From Arcobacteraceae bacterium (GTDB taxonomy: Bacteria; Campylobacterota; Campylobacteria; Campylobacterales; Arcobacteraceae), in assembly GCA_963662945.1 (NCBI GenBank), contig OY759974.1, forward strand, positions 2,240,001 to 2,304,000: a stretch of DNA of 64,000 nt, written 5' to 3'. A program made the position numbers and the translations under genes. Shown piece by piece: positions 10,521 to 20,977 of the stretch (position 1 is its first letter; each line of letters starts with the position of its first letter). Under the pieces are notes generated by a model. That model saw nothing but the letters and a program-made list of their open reading frames with translations, was not told where the DNA came from and made no database searches.

Positions 10521-12896
10521 CTAAAAGCTTGCCCATTCTTCGTTATCTATATGAGAATCTTTAATCGGTTCTAATTGTTTAGATGTTTTAAGTTGTGATA
10601 CAGGTTTTTCTGGAGCTTGTTTTGGTGTACCTTGTTTTGAAGTTTTAGTTTTTTGTGTACTACTTGTAGTAGCTGTTTGATGTTTATCCATAGTTTTAGC
10701 TTTTACAGAATCTTTTCCTTTAAATTCTTTTGTATCAGCATCACTTACAACAAGTTTTGCAATCTTATCTGTATCTAATGCAACATCATGAGTTTGAGAA
10801 GCTATCATTGCATTTTGTTGTGTTTGTTGGTCTAAAGAGTTAACTGCATCATTGATTTGTTCAATTCCTGTAAGTTGTTCTTTACTTGCCATCTCTACAT
10901 CTTTGATTAAATCTATTGTTTTAGAGATATTTTCATTAAGTGCTGTATATCCACTTATCATCTCTTCTGCAATTTTCTTTCCACCATTTGCTTTAGATGT
11001 TGCATTTTGAACTAGAGCTTTAATCTCATTTGCTGCATCTGCTGAACGAGATGCTAAGTTTCTAACCTCTTGAGCAACAACTGCAAATCCTTTTCCAGCT
11101 TCACCAGCAGTTGCTGCTTCTACTGCTGCATTTAGACTTAGGATATTTGTTTGGAATGCAATTTGATCAATAACAGTAATTGCTTCATTAATAGCATTTA
11201 CCTCTTTATCAATTTCATTCATAGCTTGTGTAGTTTCATTTGCCAATGCTTCACCTTTTGAAGCTGAATCTGTTACATTAGATGCTAGTTGAGACATCTC
11301 AATAATATTTTGTGTATTACTAGAGATATTTCCTGTAATCTCCTCTAAAGCTGCTGCTGTTTCTTCTAGTGCTGCTGCTGCTTCATTTGAGTTTTGGTTT
11401 AAGATATCTACATTTTTAAGAAGTATATCACTACTTGCATCTAATGTTAATCCATTTGTTTTGTTTTCTATTAACATTGTTGTGATTGCATCACCTAATG
11501 TATTTACACCATTTGCTAATTTTAAAAGATGTTCTTTTATTCCATCAGTTTTAACTTTGTTCATATAGTTACTATTTGAGTATTGTTCTAGTACCTCTAA
11601 AACATTATCAATATTTGCTTCAACATTAGAACCCATTTGATTTAATAATCTTGTTAATTCTTGTAATGCTGGGTTATTACTTGGAGTGCTTACTCTTTGA
11701 CATAGGTCACCTTGTTCAAATTCACTTAAGACTGTGATTGTATCATCGATAACTTGTCTATCTTCATCAACACCTTTTTTTGTTTTTACAATATTCTCAT
11801 TTACTACTTTTGCCATAATACCTATTTCATCATTTGTATCAATATTTATAGGTTGTGCATCTTTTGCTTCTCTATTTAAGTATTTGAAAAATCCTAAAAG
11901 ACCCTCTTGAAATACTGTTATAAGTTTTGATACATTATTTGATATTAGTACACTGATAAATCCAATTAACGCAGCTACTACAACAAATGAGAGAATAAGT
12001 GTTATTGAGAGATTACTTTTAATTTTTTCTCTTTCTGCTTTTTGGTCAGCTCTCATTGCAGTTGCAAGAGTTACAGCTTTTCTTGCAGTATCTTTCATTT
12101 TATCCGATAATACTAAAGATTGCTCTCTGTATTCGATAAATTGACTAAATGATTTATAATACTTGTCAAGTGCAATATTTGTATCATCCATCATTTTTTT
12201 GTTTTCTTCTTTTTTAAAATCTGCTTTCAAATTAGCAGTTACTTCTTTTATATTTTTAATTCTTTTATTTACTTCATCTATATACTTTTGATCTTTTCTT
12301 ATGATATAGTTTTTTTCCGCAATTCGTATCTCTTTTAGATCTTTTACTGTTCTATTAGTTAATGAAGCTTTTTCCATTTTATCAACAATCTTATCTAATG
12401 GTGCATTTGCTTTTATTAAAGTTTCTCTTTGTTTTTTCTGTTCGTTTCTTGCTTTATTGGCTAATTCTTCTACCTCTCTAGCAACTTGTTCCATATCATT
12501 TTGTTCTTTTATAGATTTATCTCGTACAGTTACATAATCCTTAAATGCCTGATGGTACTCTTCAATTGCTCTCCCAGTATTTTTCATTTGCTCTTTATTA
12601 ACTTCTTGAGAAAATTTTGGTATATACTTATTTACTATCTCAAGATTTTCCATTATGGTTTTATCAATTTCATCTACATACTTTTGGTCTTTTCTTCGGA
12701 TATAGTTTTTTTCTGATATTCTAGATTCAAGCATATTTTTTACTATTTTGTTAGCTGCACTTGATTTATCTGCTTTGTCATCTAAATTTGACATTCCATT
12801 TACCACTATTAGATATAAAATTACTAATGATACTACAATAATAGCAGGTATCATCATAAGTTTTGTTCTTATGGTCATATTGTTAAAAAAATTCAT
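10521..12896 (-). CDS. Methyl-accepting chemotaxis protein with internally duplicated helical sensor domain
   Basis: 2 [19 protein letters not shown]...[12 protein letters not shown] signalling motif, C-terminal EWASF pentapeptide. Confidence 0.95.
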   Translation of the reverse strand: MNFFNNMTIRTKLMMIPAIIVVSLVILYLIVVNGMSNLDDKADKSSAANKIVKNMLESRISEKNYIRRKDQKYVDEIDKTIMENLEIVNKYIPKFSQEVNKEQMKNTGRAIEEYHQAFKDYVTVRDKSIKEQNDMEQVAREVEELANKARNEQKKQRETLIKANAPLDKIVDKMEKASLTNRTVKDLKEIRIAEKNYIIRKDQKYIDEVNKRIKNIKEVTANLKADFKKEENKKMMDDTNIALDKYYKSFSQFIEYREQSLVLSDKMKDTARKAVTLATAMRADQKAEREKIKSNLSITLILSFVVVAALIGFISVLISNNVSKLITVFQEGLLGFFKYLNREAKDAQPINIDTNDEIGIMAKVVNENIVKTKKGVDEDRQVIDDTITVLSEFEQGDLCQRVSTPSNNPALQELTRLLNQMGSNVEANIDNVLEVLEQYSNSNYMNKVKTDGIKEHLLKLANGVNTLGDAITTMLIENKTNGLTLDASSDILLKNVDILNQNSNEAAAALEETAAALEEITGNISSNTQNIIEMSQLASNVTDSASKGEALANETTQAMNEIDKEVNAINEAITVIDQIAFQTNILSLNAAVEAATAGEAGKGFAVVAQEVRNLASRSADAANEIKALVQNATSKANGGKKIAEEMISGYTALNENISKTIDLIKDVEMASKEQLTGIEQINDAVNSLDQQTQQNAMIASQTHDVALDTDKIAKLVVSDADTKEFKGKDSVKAKTMDKHQTATTSSTQKTKTSKQGTPKQAPEKPVSQLKTSKQLEPIKDSHIDNEEWASF

Positions 12897-12941
12897 TTTC
12901 CCCTCTTGATTTTTATTTATTTGAAATTTATAACATTGAAA

Positions 12942-12963
12942 AGTGAAGAAATAGTGAAGATTT
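12942..12963 (-). promoter_or_regulatory. Tandem direct repeat (TCTTCACT, 11-bp period), putative OmpR-family box of MCP promoter
   Basis: Minus strand AAATCTTCACT-ATTTCTTCACT, 9 nt before -10-like TATAAA (12932-12927). Confidence 0.65.
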
Positions 12964-13049
12964 CAGAAAAAATAATAATTTTTTATTATAGTATTTGAAA
13001 TTCTATATATAATAAAAAGTATTGTTTGAAAATAGATAATAATTATAGT

Positions 13050-13733
13050 CTAAGATGTTATTTTAAAACCTGTACCATAAACATTTTGAATTGTATTTTC
13101 TGGAAGTTTTTTTCGAATATTTTTCATCATGGTCTTGAGAGTATCGATACTATAGTTTTCAAAATCATCCCAAACCTCCATAAGTAAAGTATCATAAGAT
13201 ATTGTATTGTTGAGATTTGAGAAAAGAATACGAAGTATTTCTCTCTCTTTAGGTGTTAAATTTATTTCGATAGATCCATTAAAAAGAGTTTTCGTACGAC
13301 AATTCCAAAGGTATTTGTCTTTTAAATGGATAATTTTATTTGGAATGATACTAAAGTTTTGAATCTCTTGCAGCGCAAGTTCTAATGCACCAAATAAATC
13401 TTCTGTACTAAAAGGTTTTACGAGATATTTTGTTAGTTTCAATTCTGTTGAAAGCAAAAGTTTTTCTACGTCAGAACAGGCTGTAGTCATGATAATTCTT
13501 GTTGAATGGTCGTTGTCTCTTAGTTTTTGAGCAAATTCTATACCATTGCAATCAGGCATATTAATATCTAACAGTATAACATCTGGTTTTTTATTTTGAT
13601 AAACTTCATAAGCTTCAAGCCCATTTTTTGCAGAATTAAATTCTTTTACATCATCTTCTAAAATACATTTCATCATTTCTCGAATCTCTTTTTCATCATC
13701 TACATGTAAAAGTTTAATTTGATTTAATTTCAT
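13050..13733 (-). CDS. OmpR-family response regulator
   Basis: Receiver (VDD, LLDINMP, KPF) plus winged helix (LTPKE, NVYGTGF). Confidence 0.93.
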   Translation of the reverse strand: MKLNQIKLLHVDDEKEIREMMKCILEDDVKEFNSAKNGLEAYEVYQNKKPDVILLDINMPDCNGIEFAQKLRDNDHSTRIIMTTACSDVEKLLLSTELKLTKYLVKPFSTEDLFGALELALQEIQNFSIIPNKIIHLKDKYLWNCRTKTLFNGSIEINLTPKEREILRILFSNLNNTISYDTLLMEVWDDFENYSIDTLKTMMKNIRKKLPENTIQNVYGTGFKITS

Positions 13734-15408
13734 TTATTTCCTTTGGAATTATGATAGTACAAAGTACACCATCTTTATAATTTTGAATCTCTAGAGAACC
13801 CTTCATTGATTCTTCAAGAATTATTTTACACATATATAATCCTATCCCTGTACCTTGATTTTGAAATTTTGTTGTGAAGTAAGGTTCAAAGATTCTGCTA
13901 AGAATCTCTTTGTCTATACCACCTGCATTGTCTTCTACAGTTATGACAATATCATCTTGATTGTCCTTAACTTCAATCGTTATTATCCCTTGTGCTATTC
14001 CCTTTAGAAGAACAGCATCTTTTGCATTATTTAAGATATTGAGAATTACCTGAAGTAATTCACCTCTATATCCTGTATAAGAGAAAATTTCTTTTATATT
14101 TAGATTTACTATTATGTTGACTTCCCTAAATGCATTATGTACAATTTGTAGTGCTTCATTTATAAGTTCATTGATATTAAAAAGAGTTTTGTCTTTCGTT
14201 GGTTTAAAAAAATTACTAAAATCTTCAATTGTTTTATTCATATTTTTTATGGTTGAATCTGTATTGTGTATATAATTTTTTAGAAAATCTTCATTTACTT
14301 GATTTTTTTTGAGTTTGATTTCAAGATTTATAATATTCATCGCTAATATTGATAAAGGCTGTCTCCATTGGTGGGCTATATTAGCAATCATCTCTCCCAT
14401 GGCAGCCATTTTTGCTTTTTGTTTTATAATATCATCTTGTTTAAGTTTTAGTTTGTTGAGTTTATCTATTTGCTTTTTGTCTTTTTCAAACCGATTAAAA
14501 ATAACATAGATGATTAAACTGAGTAAAAATATTATAAACATAAAACTTGATATAACGATGATGGCTCGTTTAATATAAAGAGAATGTTCTTTTTTTTGAT
14601 TTTGTTCACTTAGTTGTAATATGAGATAAAGCTTGTTCTCAAAAGGTAGATTTAATTCTTTGAAAGCAAAGCTATCTCCTTTATATAGTTTTTTATCTAA
14701 AAGAGCTAAGTATTTTGTGTCTATTTTAAAAGGTTGTTTTTGGAATTTACTCCATGACTTTTGTGATTCATAATGATGAATAATATATCCATCTTTATCA
14801 ACTATAATAGCATCAAATAAGGTTGAATCAAAAAGTTTTTCAATAATTGCTAATGCATAATAATTTAAAATAACAATTCCTTGAAATTTACCATTTGTTA
14901 TAATTGGTGTAGAGATTCTAAATGTTGGATTAAAAGGAATATCTAATTTACCATTTTCTATGTTTAAATCAAGTTTTGAAAACCATATCATTCCATCTTG
15001 AAGTTCTTTTGTTTTTTGAAAATAATATCGATTTGATTTGTCCTGAAGTGTCGTTATATGCAAAATATTATTTTTTGTATCTCTATCGTATCGTATTTTT
15101 TCTATCCCTTTTGCATCAATAAATCGTATTTGCATGATAGTTTTATCTGACTTTAGAATCGTTTTAAATAACAGTTCTACTTCTTTTTGTTTTTGTTGTT
15201 TTTGTGCATATTGTAGTAAATGAGAATTTTCTTTAACAGCTGTTAAAGTGTCTTTTGCACATGAAAGACGATCTAAAAAAAATGATTCTCTTCTATAAAT
15301 TTTTTTTAATCCATTATCTACAGTGATACTATTTAATTGTTTTTTGAATAGAGTATGATCAATATATGTATATATAATAATAAGGCAAGATGCTAGGAAA
15401 AATGTCAC
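13714..15408 (-). CDS. Sensor histidine kinase with periplasmic Cache-like domain
   Basis: H-box IAHQWRQPL, N-box NAKDA, DNAGG, FTTK, GTGIGL; start uncertain. Confidence 0.92.
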   Translation of the reverse strand: MTFFLASCLIIIYTYIDHTLFKKQLNSITVDNGLKKIYRRESFFLDRLSCAKDTLTAVKENSHLLQYAQKQQKQKEVELLFKTILKSDKTIMQIRFIDAKGIEKIRYDRDTKNNILHITTLQDKSNRYYFQKTKELQDGMIWFSKLDLNIENGKLDIPFNPTFRISTPIITNGKFQGIVILNYYALAIIEKLFDSTLFDAIIVDKDGYIIHHYESQKSWSKFQKQPFKIDTKYLALLDKKLYKGDSFAFKELNLPFENKLYLILQLSEQNQKKEHSLYIKRAIIVISSFMFIIFLLSLIIYVIFNRFEKDKKQIDKLNKLKLKQDDIIKQKAKMAAMGEMIANIAHQWRQPLSILAMNIINLEIKLKKNQVNEDFLKNYIHNTDSTIKNMNKTIEDFSNFFKPTKDKTLFNINELINEALQIVHNAFREVNIIVNLNIKEIFSYTGYRGELLQVILNILNNAKDAVLLKGIAQGIITIEVKDNQDDIVITVEDNAGGIDKEILSRIFEPYFTTKFQNQGTGIGLYMCKIILEESMKGSLEIQNYKDGVLCTIIIPKEINEIKSN

Positions 15409-15493
15409 TAATGGTGCTGTAAATTTTAAATTTCTTGTTTTTATTGTATAACCTTTATTTATATCTAATTTGTAATTATATTCAAATTTTTTA

Positions 15494-15515
15494 AAATCTT
15501 CACTAAATCTTCACT
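15494..15515 (+). promoter_or_regulatory. Perfect 11-bp direct repeat AAATCTTCACT x2, putative OmpR-family box
   Basis: 9 nt before -10-like TAGAAT (15525-15530); same motif and spacing as 12942-12963. Confidence 0.65.
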
Positions 15516-15558
15516 ATTCTATTTTAGAATTCGATTATAAAAATATTAAGGAGTTCTC

Positions 15559-15735
15559 ATGACAAATTTTAAACAAACAGTTACAATCTCTACACATACT
15601 ATTGAAAATCTATTGGTTGTATTACCTAAAAAGTGTTCTTGCCATTTATGCGAAAGTACAAAAGATGTGGCTAAAAAAAATCTTGGTGAAAAAAAATACA
15701 AATCACTTTGTACTTCATTGGGGATATTTAACTAA
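15559..15735 (+). CDS. Small 58-aa Cys-containing hypothetical protein (not in ORF track)
   Basis: SD AAGGAG, then MTNFKQTVTISTHTIENLLVVLPKKCSCHLCESTKDVAKKNLGEKKYKSLCTSLGIFN*. Confidence 0.65.
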   Translation: MTNFKQTVTISTHTIENLLVVLPKKCSCHLCESTKDVAKKNLGEKKYKSLCTSLGIFN

Positions 15736-15753
15736 TCATCACAATCAATTATA

Positions 15754-15777
15754 ATAGTTATCAAATTTGATAACTAT
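15754..15777. repeat. Perfect 24-bp palindrome (hairpin/terminator or operator)
   Basis: ATAGTTATCAAATTTGATAACTAT, just after the small ORF. Confidence 0.6.
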
Positions 15778-15850
15778 AATGTATTTCTAAAAAGCCCATT
15801 GCTCTTTTTTATGAACAAATTTGCTTATCTTAGCTATACTTCTACGCAAT

Positions 15851-16864
15851 ATGGAAAATTTAAAACAACTATTACACAAAATGCTCATCATTGGTTTTGA
15901 TGGGCAAGATATTTCTAATAATGAGACACTAAAAACTCAGATAAAAAATGGTTTAGGTGGAGTGATTTTATTTGATCATTATATCAATGATAAAACAAAA
16001 AGTAAAAATATCTCGACTCCAGAACAACTGAAAAAACTCAACTTTACACTTCAAAGTATTAGTAGTCATCCCTTAATGATTTGTATTGATCAAGAGGGTG
16101 GAAAAGTTGCAAGGTTAAGAGAGCAAAAGGGATTTAAAGAAACAGAATCTGCAAAAACGATTGCATCTTTTTCAGATAGTGAAGCAAAAGAAGCGTATGA
16201 GAGTTTAGCTTTACAGTTATCGCAACTTGGAATTAACTGTGATTTTGCTCCATTAGTTGATTTAGGAATCAATAAAGACTCTAAAATAATCTATGGACTT
16301 GATAGGGCTTATGGAGAAGATACACAAACTGTAGTTAAGTATGCAGAGATTTTTATAGATGCACTTACAAAACATCACGTCATCAATGTTTTGAAACATT
16401 TTCCTGGTCATGGGAGTGCTAAAGGAGATTCTCATGAAGGATTTGTAGATATTACAAAAACTTGGGATGAGTGTGAGCTTTATCCTTATAAAAAATTACT
16501 TCACAAAACCAATATGATTATGAGTGCCCATGTTTATAATGCTAAATTGGATGAAAAATATCCCTCTACACTCTCATATGCTACAAATACTAAACTTTTA
16601 AGAGAACAGTTGGGATATGATGGAGTATTAATTACTGATGATTTGCAAATGTTAGCAATTAAAGAGCATTATAAAAAAGAAGAGGCGATTGAACTTGCTA
16701 TAAACTCAGGCGCAGATATGCTAATGTATTGTAATCAATTAGGCAATGATGATACTAATGAAACTATTGAGATGATGGAATATTTAGTAAAAAGTGGCAA
16801 AATCTCAGAAGAGAGAATACGAGAAGCAAATAGAAGAATAGATAAACTACGACAAGGTATCTAA
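15851..16864 (+). CDS. nagZ: GH3 beta-N-acetylhexosaminidase
   Basis: IDQEGG, KHFPGHG...DSH, ITDDLQM; ATG 15851 preferred to TTG 15821. Confidence 0.9.
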   Translation: MENLKQLLHKMLIIGFDGQDISNNETLKTQIKNGLGGVILFDHYINDKTKSKNISTPEQLKKLNFTLQSISSHPLMICIDQEGGKVARLREQKGFKETESAKTIASFSDSEAKEAYESLALQLSQLGINCDFAPLVDLGINKDSKIIYGLDRAYGEDTQTVVKYAEIFIDALTKHHVINVLKHFPGHGSAKGDSHEGFVDITKTWDECELYPYKKLLHKTNMIMSAHVYNAKLDEKYPSTLSYATNTKLLREQLGYDGVLITDDLQMLAIKEHYKKEEAIELAINSGADMLMYCNQLGNDDTNETIEMMEYLVKSGKISEERIREANRRIDKLRQGI

Positions 16865-18348
16865 TGCAAGCAGGGTTTTCTTCTATTGATTGGGCGATTT
16901 TTATTGGTTATTTAAGTGTATTACTTGTTACTGCACGTTACCTTGCAAATGCCAATATCACCTCTTCAAGGGAGTTTTTTACTGCAAAAAATTCTATGAT
17001 GGCTTGGACGGTTGCATTATCCTTACTTGCTACTGCCCAATCTGCTGCTACTTTTTTAGGAGCACCTGAATTTTCTTATAGATTTGATTTAACACTTCTT
17101 GGCTACTCTGTTACATCATTACTTGCAATTTATATCGTGGTAAAAGTTTTGATTCCACGACTTTATGCGATGAATGCTGTGAGTGTATATGAACTACTTC
17201 AGGAACGATATGGTGAAAATGCTAGACGAGATGTAGGGATTATGTTCTTAGTAGGAAGATTGTTTGCCAGTGGTGCAAGACTTTACATGGCTGCACTTGC
17301 TTTAAGTATGATACTTTTTTATGATATTAGCTTAGTTCATGTGAGTTTATCTGTAGTGTTACTTGTGATAGGGGCTTTAATTTTTACCTATTTTGGAGGG
17401 ATTAGGTCTGTTATTATTAGTGATATATTACAGATTATTGTTTATTTAGGTGCTGGAATTGCAGTGGCTGTATATTTGTATCTATCAATATCAATGGATT
17501 TTTCGACAATTTATCAAACTTTGAGTGAAGTAGAAAAATTAAAATATATAGATTTTGAACTTAGCTTTACCAATGAGGGGAAATTTAATATGTTTGCACT
17601 TCTTACAGGATATATGCTTTTAAATATTGCAGCCTTTGGACTAGATCAAGACTTAGCTCAAAGGGTACTATCTTGTAAAAATAAAAAAGAGGCTGGATGG
17701 TCACTTTATGGTGCTACACTTTTAAGTATACCAGTATCTATGCTTTTTCTAACTATCGGATTATTACTTTTTTTATACTATCAAGAGCATACAATCAATC
17801 AAAAATTTGCAGGGGAGAGCATCACTATTTTTATGTATTATATTTTAAATGAGATGCCAAATGGTTTAAAAGGTTTTGTAACCATTGGTGCAATTGCAGC
17901 AGCACTTAGTAGTACAAATTCAGTTTTAGGGGCAATGAGTAGCGTAGCTATTGAAGATATTTATAGGCCACATAAAAATAAAAACAGTGTAACAGTAGAT
18001 GAACAACATTTTGTAAAAGTTGCTAAAAGTTTGGTATTGGTTTTTGCCGTAGCATTAGCACTCATGGCGATTGTAAGTTTTATTGTTCATAGCCATAGTA
18101 ACATTCCTCTTATTAGTTTTGCTTTAGGGGTAATGGCATATGCTTATAGTGGATTGCTTGGTGTCTTTGGTAGTGCAATCTTTACTAATCGTGGTAATTC
18201 TAAACTCATCCCTTATGCTCTTATAGTTGGTTTTATAAGTGTTTTTTCGATGCAAGGTTATACTTTTGGTTTAAATATAGGATTTTCATGGCAGTTAGTG
18301 ATAGGAACTGCACTTTCATTTGGAGTGATGCAACTTGGAAAAAAGTAA
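16864..18348 (+). CDS. Sodium:solute symporter (SSS family)
   Basis: About 13 TM; SAATFLG, GGIRSV..SD, DQDLAQR, AAALSS motifs. Confidence 0.88.
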   Translation: MQAGFSSIDWAIFIGYLSVLLVTARYLANANITSSREFFTAKNSMMAWTVALSLLATAQSAATFLGAPEFSYRFDLTLLGYSVTSLLAIYIVVKVLIPRLYAMNAVSVYELLQERYGENARRDVGIMFLVGRLFASGARLYMAALALSMILFYDISLVHVSLSVVLLVIGALIFTYFGGIRSVIISDILQIIVYLGAGIAVAVYLYLSISMDFSTIYQTLSEVEKLKYIDFELSFTNEGKFNMFALLTGYMLLNIAAFGLDQDLAQRVLSCKNKKEAGWSLYGATLLSIPVSMLFLTIGLLLFLYYQEHTINQKFAGESITIFMYYILNEMPNGLKGFVTIGAIAAALSSTNSVLGAMSSVAIEDIYRPHKNKNSVTVDEQHFVKVAKSLVLVFAVALALMAIVSFIVHSHSNIPLISFALGVMAYAYSGLLGVFGSAIFTNRGNSKLIPYALIVGFISVFSMQGYTFGLNIGFSWQLVIGTALSFGVMQLGKK

Positions 18349-19426
18349 TCTATTTATTGGGGTAATGAGTGGTACAAGCCTTGATGGTATCGATATAGCT
18401 TTATGCTCTATTTGTGAAAATAAAATTGAAACTTTAAGTGCAAAAGAATACAGCTATGATACAAATATAAAAGAAGATGTATTAAACGCTATTGCAAACA
18501 AAGTTTCACTTGAAACTATTGGTACACTACACCATAGATTAGCAGTTATGTATGCTAAAGCGTTAGAAGAATTTTTAACTGAATTTCATATTGATTCTAA
18601 AGATATTGTGGCAATTGGTCTGCATGGTCAAACTCTTTGGCACGCTCCAAATATCCCCTACCCTTTTTCACTGCAATTAGGGGATGGCTCATTGGTAGCA
18701 AAGAGGTTACAAATTGATGTTGTAAATGATTTTAGAAGTGGTGATATAGCAAATGGTGGACAAGGAGCTCCTTTAACTCCTGCTTTTCATAAGGCTTTAT
18801 TTGATGATAAAAATACTGCTGTACTAAATCTTGGAGGTATTGCAAATATCACTATTTTAAGTGATGATTTTATAGGTTTTGATGTGGGGGTAGCTAATAT
18901 CTTATGCGATTATTGGATAGGAAAGCATCAAAATAAGCTTTTTGATAAAGATGGAGTATGGGCAAGTGAAGGGAAAGTACATAAGGAGCTTTTAGATTTA
19001 CTTCTTAGTGATCCATATTTTAAACAACTACCACCTAAAAGTACAGGGCGTGAATATTTTAATGCTGCATGGTTAGAAAAACAACTAGAATCATTTAGTA
19101 CCATAAGTGCCGTTGATGTTCAAGCAACTTTAATAGAATTTACGGTTCAACCTATTATAGAAGCTTTAAAAAACTACAAAATTAATAGATTGATTGTATG
19201 TGGCGGTGGAGCACACAATAGTTTTCTAATGAAAAAACTTTCACAAAACTTAGACAAAGTGGCAGTTTTAAAAAGTGACGACATAGGAATTAATAGCACT
19301 TTTTTAGAAGCAATAGCTTTTGCATGGTTAGCATATAAAAGAATGAATCATCAAGCTATTGATTTACAAACAATTACAGGGGCAAATAAACCATCAATTC
19401 TAGGAGCAATACATGCAAAAGATTAA
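18335..19426 (+). CDS. anmK: Anhydro-N-acetylmuramic acid kinase
   Basis: GVMSGTSLDGID, HGQT, GGQGAPL, NLGGIAN, PPKSTGRE. Confidence 0.95.
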   Translation: MEKSNLFIGVMSGTSLDGIDIALCSICENKIETLSAKEYSYDTNIKEDVLNAIANKVSLETIGTLHHRLAVMYAKALEEFLTEFHIDSKDIVAIGLHGQTLWHAPNIPYPFSLQLGDGSLVAKRLQIDVVNDFRSGDIANGGQGAPLTPAFHKALFDDKNTAVLNLGGIANITILSDDFIGFDVGVANILCDYWIGKHQNKLFDKDGVWASEGKVHKELLDLLLSDPYFKQLPPKSTGREYFNAAWLEKQLESFSTISAVDVQATLIEFTVQPIIEALKNYKINRLIVCGGGAHNSFLMKKLSQNLDKVAVLKSDDIGINSTFLEAIAFAWLAYKRMNHQAIDLQTITGANKPSILGAIHAKD

Positions 19427-20351
19427 AGAATTTTTAGAAGGTACTCCTTATGCGGATTTTACCATTGAAGTTGCTTCAAGTGATGCAAGTTTTAGACGAT
19501 ATTTTAGATTGTACAAAGGAGATGAAACTTTAGTCCTTATGGATTCATCTTTAGAAAAAACATCGCTAGAGCCTTTTATAAATGTTACTAATCGTTTGCA
19601 AAGTGCAAATCTTCATGCTCCAAAAATTTTTCATGAAGATAGAGAAAAAGGGTTTTTAATTATAGAAGATCTTGGAGTAAAAAATCTTCTTGATGCTCTA
19701 AGTCAAGATAATTTTAAGTCTCTTTATAAAAAGTGTATTGATGAGATTATCACTATGCAAAAAGTTGATGCAACTGCATTGCCTCTTTATGATGAGGCTT
19801 TTTTAAAGCTAGAGATGAACTTAATGCCAGAGTGGTTTTTAAACAAATATTTAGAGCAAAATTTAAATGAACAAGAGATTGCCATCATAGAAAATACTAT
19901 TGATTTGGTTGCAAAAAAAGTGCTTTCTCATCCTCAAGAATGTTTTGTTCATCGTGATTTTCACTCAAGAAATATTATGCACTGTGAACCACTTGGAATT
20001 ATAGATTACCAAGATGCTATGAATGGTTCTATTGTTTATGATTTAGTTTCACTACTCAAAGATTTATATATCCAGTTTGATCCACAAGATATGGCTGAGT
20101 TAGCACTTTATTTTAAAGAGCAAAAAAAACTACAAGTAAGTGATGAAGAGTTTTTAGAGTGGTTTGATTTTATGGGACTACAGCGTCATTTAAAAGTACT
20201 TGGTATTTTTGCGAGATTATACTTACGAGATAATAAAGATGGGTATTTAAAAGACCTACCTCTTACTTTAGATTATGTACTACAAGTGTGTAAAAAATAC
20301 TCTGAACTTGACGCCTTACATCAATTACTCTCTAAAGTAACATTACCATGA
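19413..20351 (+). CDS. amgK: MurNAc/GlcNAc anomeric kinase (APH family)
   Basis: DASFRRYFR, HRDFHSRN, IDYQDA, QRHLKVLGIFARL; overlaps murU. Confidence 0.9.
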   Translation: MQKIKEFLEGTPYADFTIEVASSDASFRRYFRLYKGDETLVLMDSSLEKTSLEPFINVTNRLQSANLHAPKIFHEDREKGFLIIEDLGVKNLLDALSQDNFKSLYKKCIDEIITMQKVDATALPLYDEAFLKLEMNLMPEWFLNKYLEQNLNEQEIAIIENTIDLVAKKVLSHPQECFVHRDFHSRNIMHCEPLGIIDYQDAMNGSIVYDLVSLLKDLYIQFDPQDMAELALYFKEQKKLQVSDEEFLEWFDFMGLQRHLKVLGIFARLYLRDNKDGYLKDLPLTLDYVLQVCKKYSELDALHQLLSKVTLP

Positions 20352-20977
20352 TAGCTATGATACTTGCTGCTGGACGAGGGGAGAGGATGCGACCCCTTAC
20401 CGATAATACCCCAAAACCCTTGCTTGAAGTTAAAGGGAAACCACTTATAGTGTGGCATATAGAAAAGCTAGTAGATAAAGGGTTTAAAACTATTATTATA
20501 AATATTGACCATTTAGGTGAGCAGATACTACAAAGTTTAGGTGATGGCTCAATTTGGGGCATTAAAATCATCTATAGTGATGAGAGAGAAACTGGTGCTT
20601 TAGAAACAGCTGGGGCTATTATCAAAGCATTACCCTTTTTAAGTGAAATATTTTTAGTAGTAAATGGTGATATTTGGTGTGATTATGATTTTCAATTAGA
20701 TTTTCATTTGGATAATAAGTTGGCACATCTTGTCTTAGTGCCAAATCCAGAACATAATCCAAATGGGGATTTTCAATACTTAGAATCATATTATACATTT
20801 AGTGGTATTGGTTATTATAGTAAAAAGATTTTTGAAAATTTAAGTGCAGGTAAACGTCCACTAGCTCCAATTTTAAAAGAGTTAATTAGTGAAGAAAAAA
20901 TCAGCTTTGAACTTCATAGTGGAGTTTGGAGTGATATAGGAACACCAGAGCGTTTAAATGAGGTGAATGCTCTGTAA
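20348..20977 (+). CDS. murU: MurNAc-alpha-1-phosphate uridylyltransferase
   Basis: MILAAGRGERMRPLT..PKPL, LETAG, VNGD, NPEHNP.GDF, WSDIGT. Confidence 0.9.
   Translation: MIAMILAAGRGERMRPLTDNTPKPLLEVKGKPLIVWHIEKLVDKGFKTIIINIDHLGEQILQSLGDGSIWGIKIIYSDERETGALETAGAIIKALPFLSEIFLVVNGDIWCDYDFQLDFHLDNKLAHLVLVPNPEHNPNGDFQYLESYYTFSGIGYYSKKIFENLSAGKRPLAPILKELISEEKISFELHSGVWSDIGTPERLNEVNAL

Noticed and set aside
11000-11200. Nucleotide similarity to about 62650-62850
   Set aside because: Conserved MCP signalling hairpin in two paralogs, not a mobile repeat
9815-15800. Possible island integrated at tRNA-Ser
   Set aside because: No integrase and no duplicated tRNA 3' end found by eye
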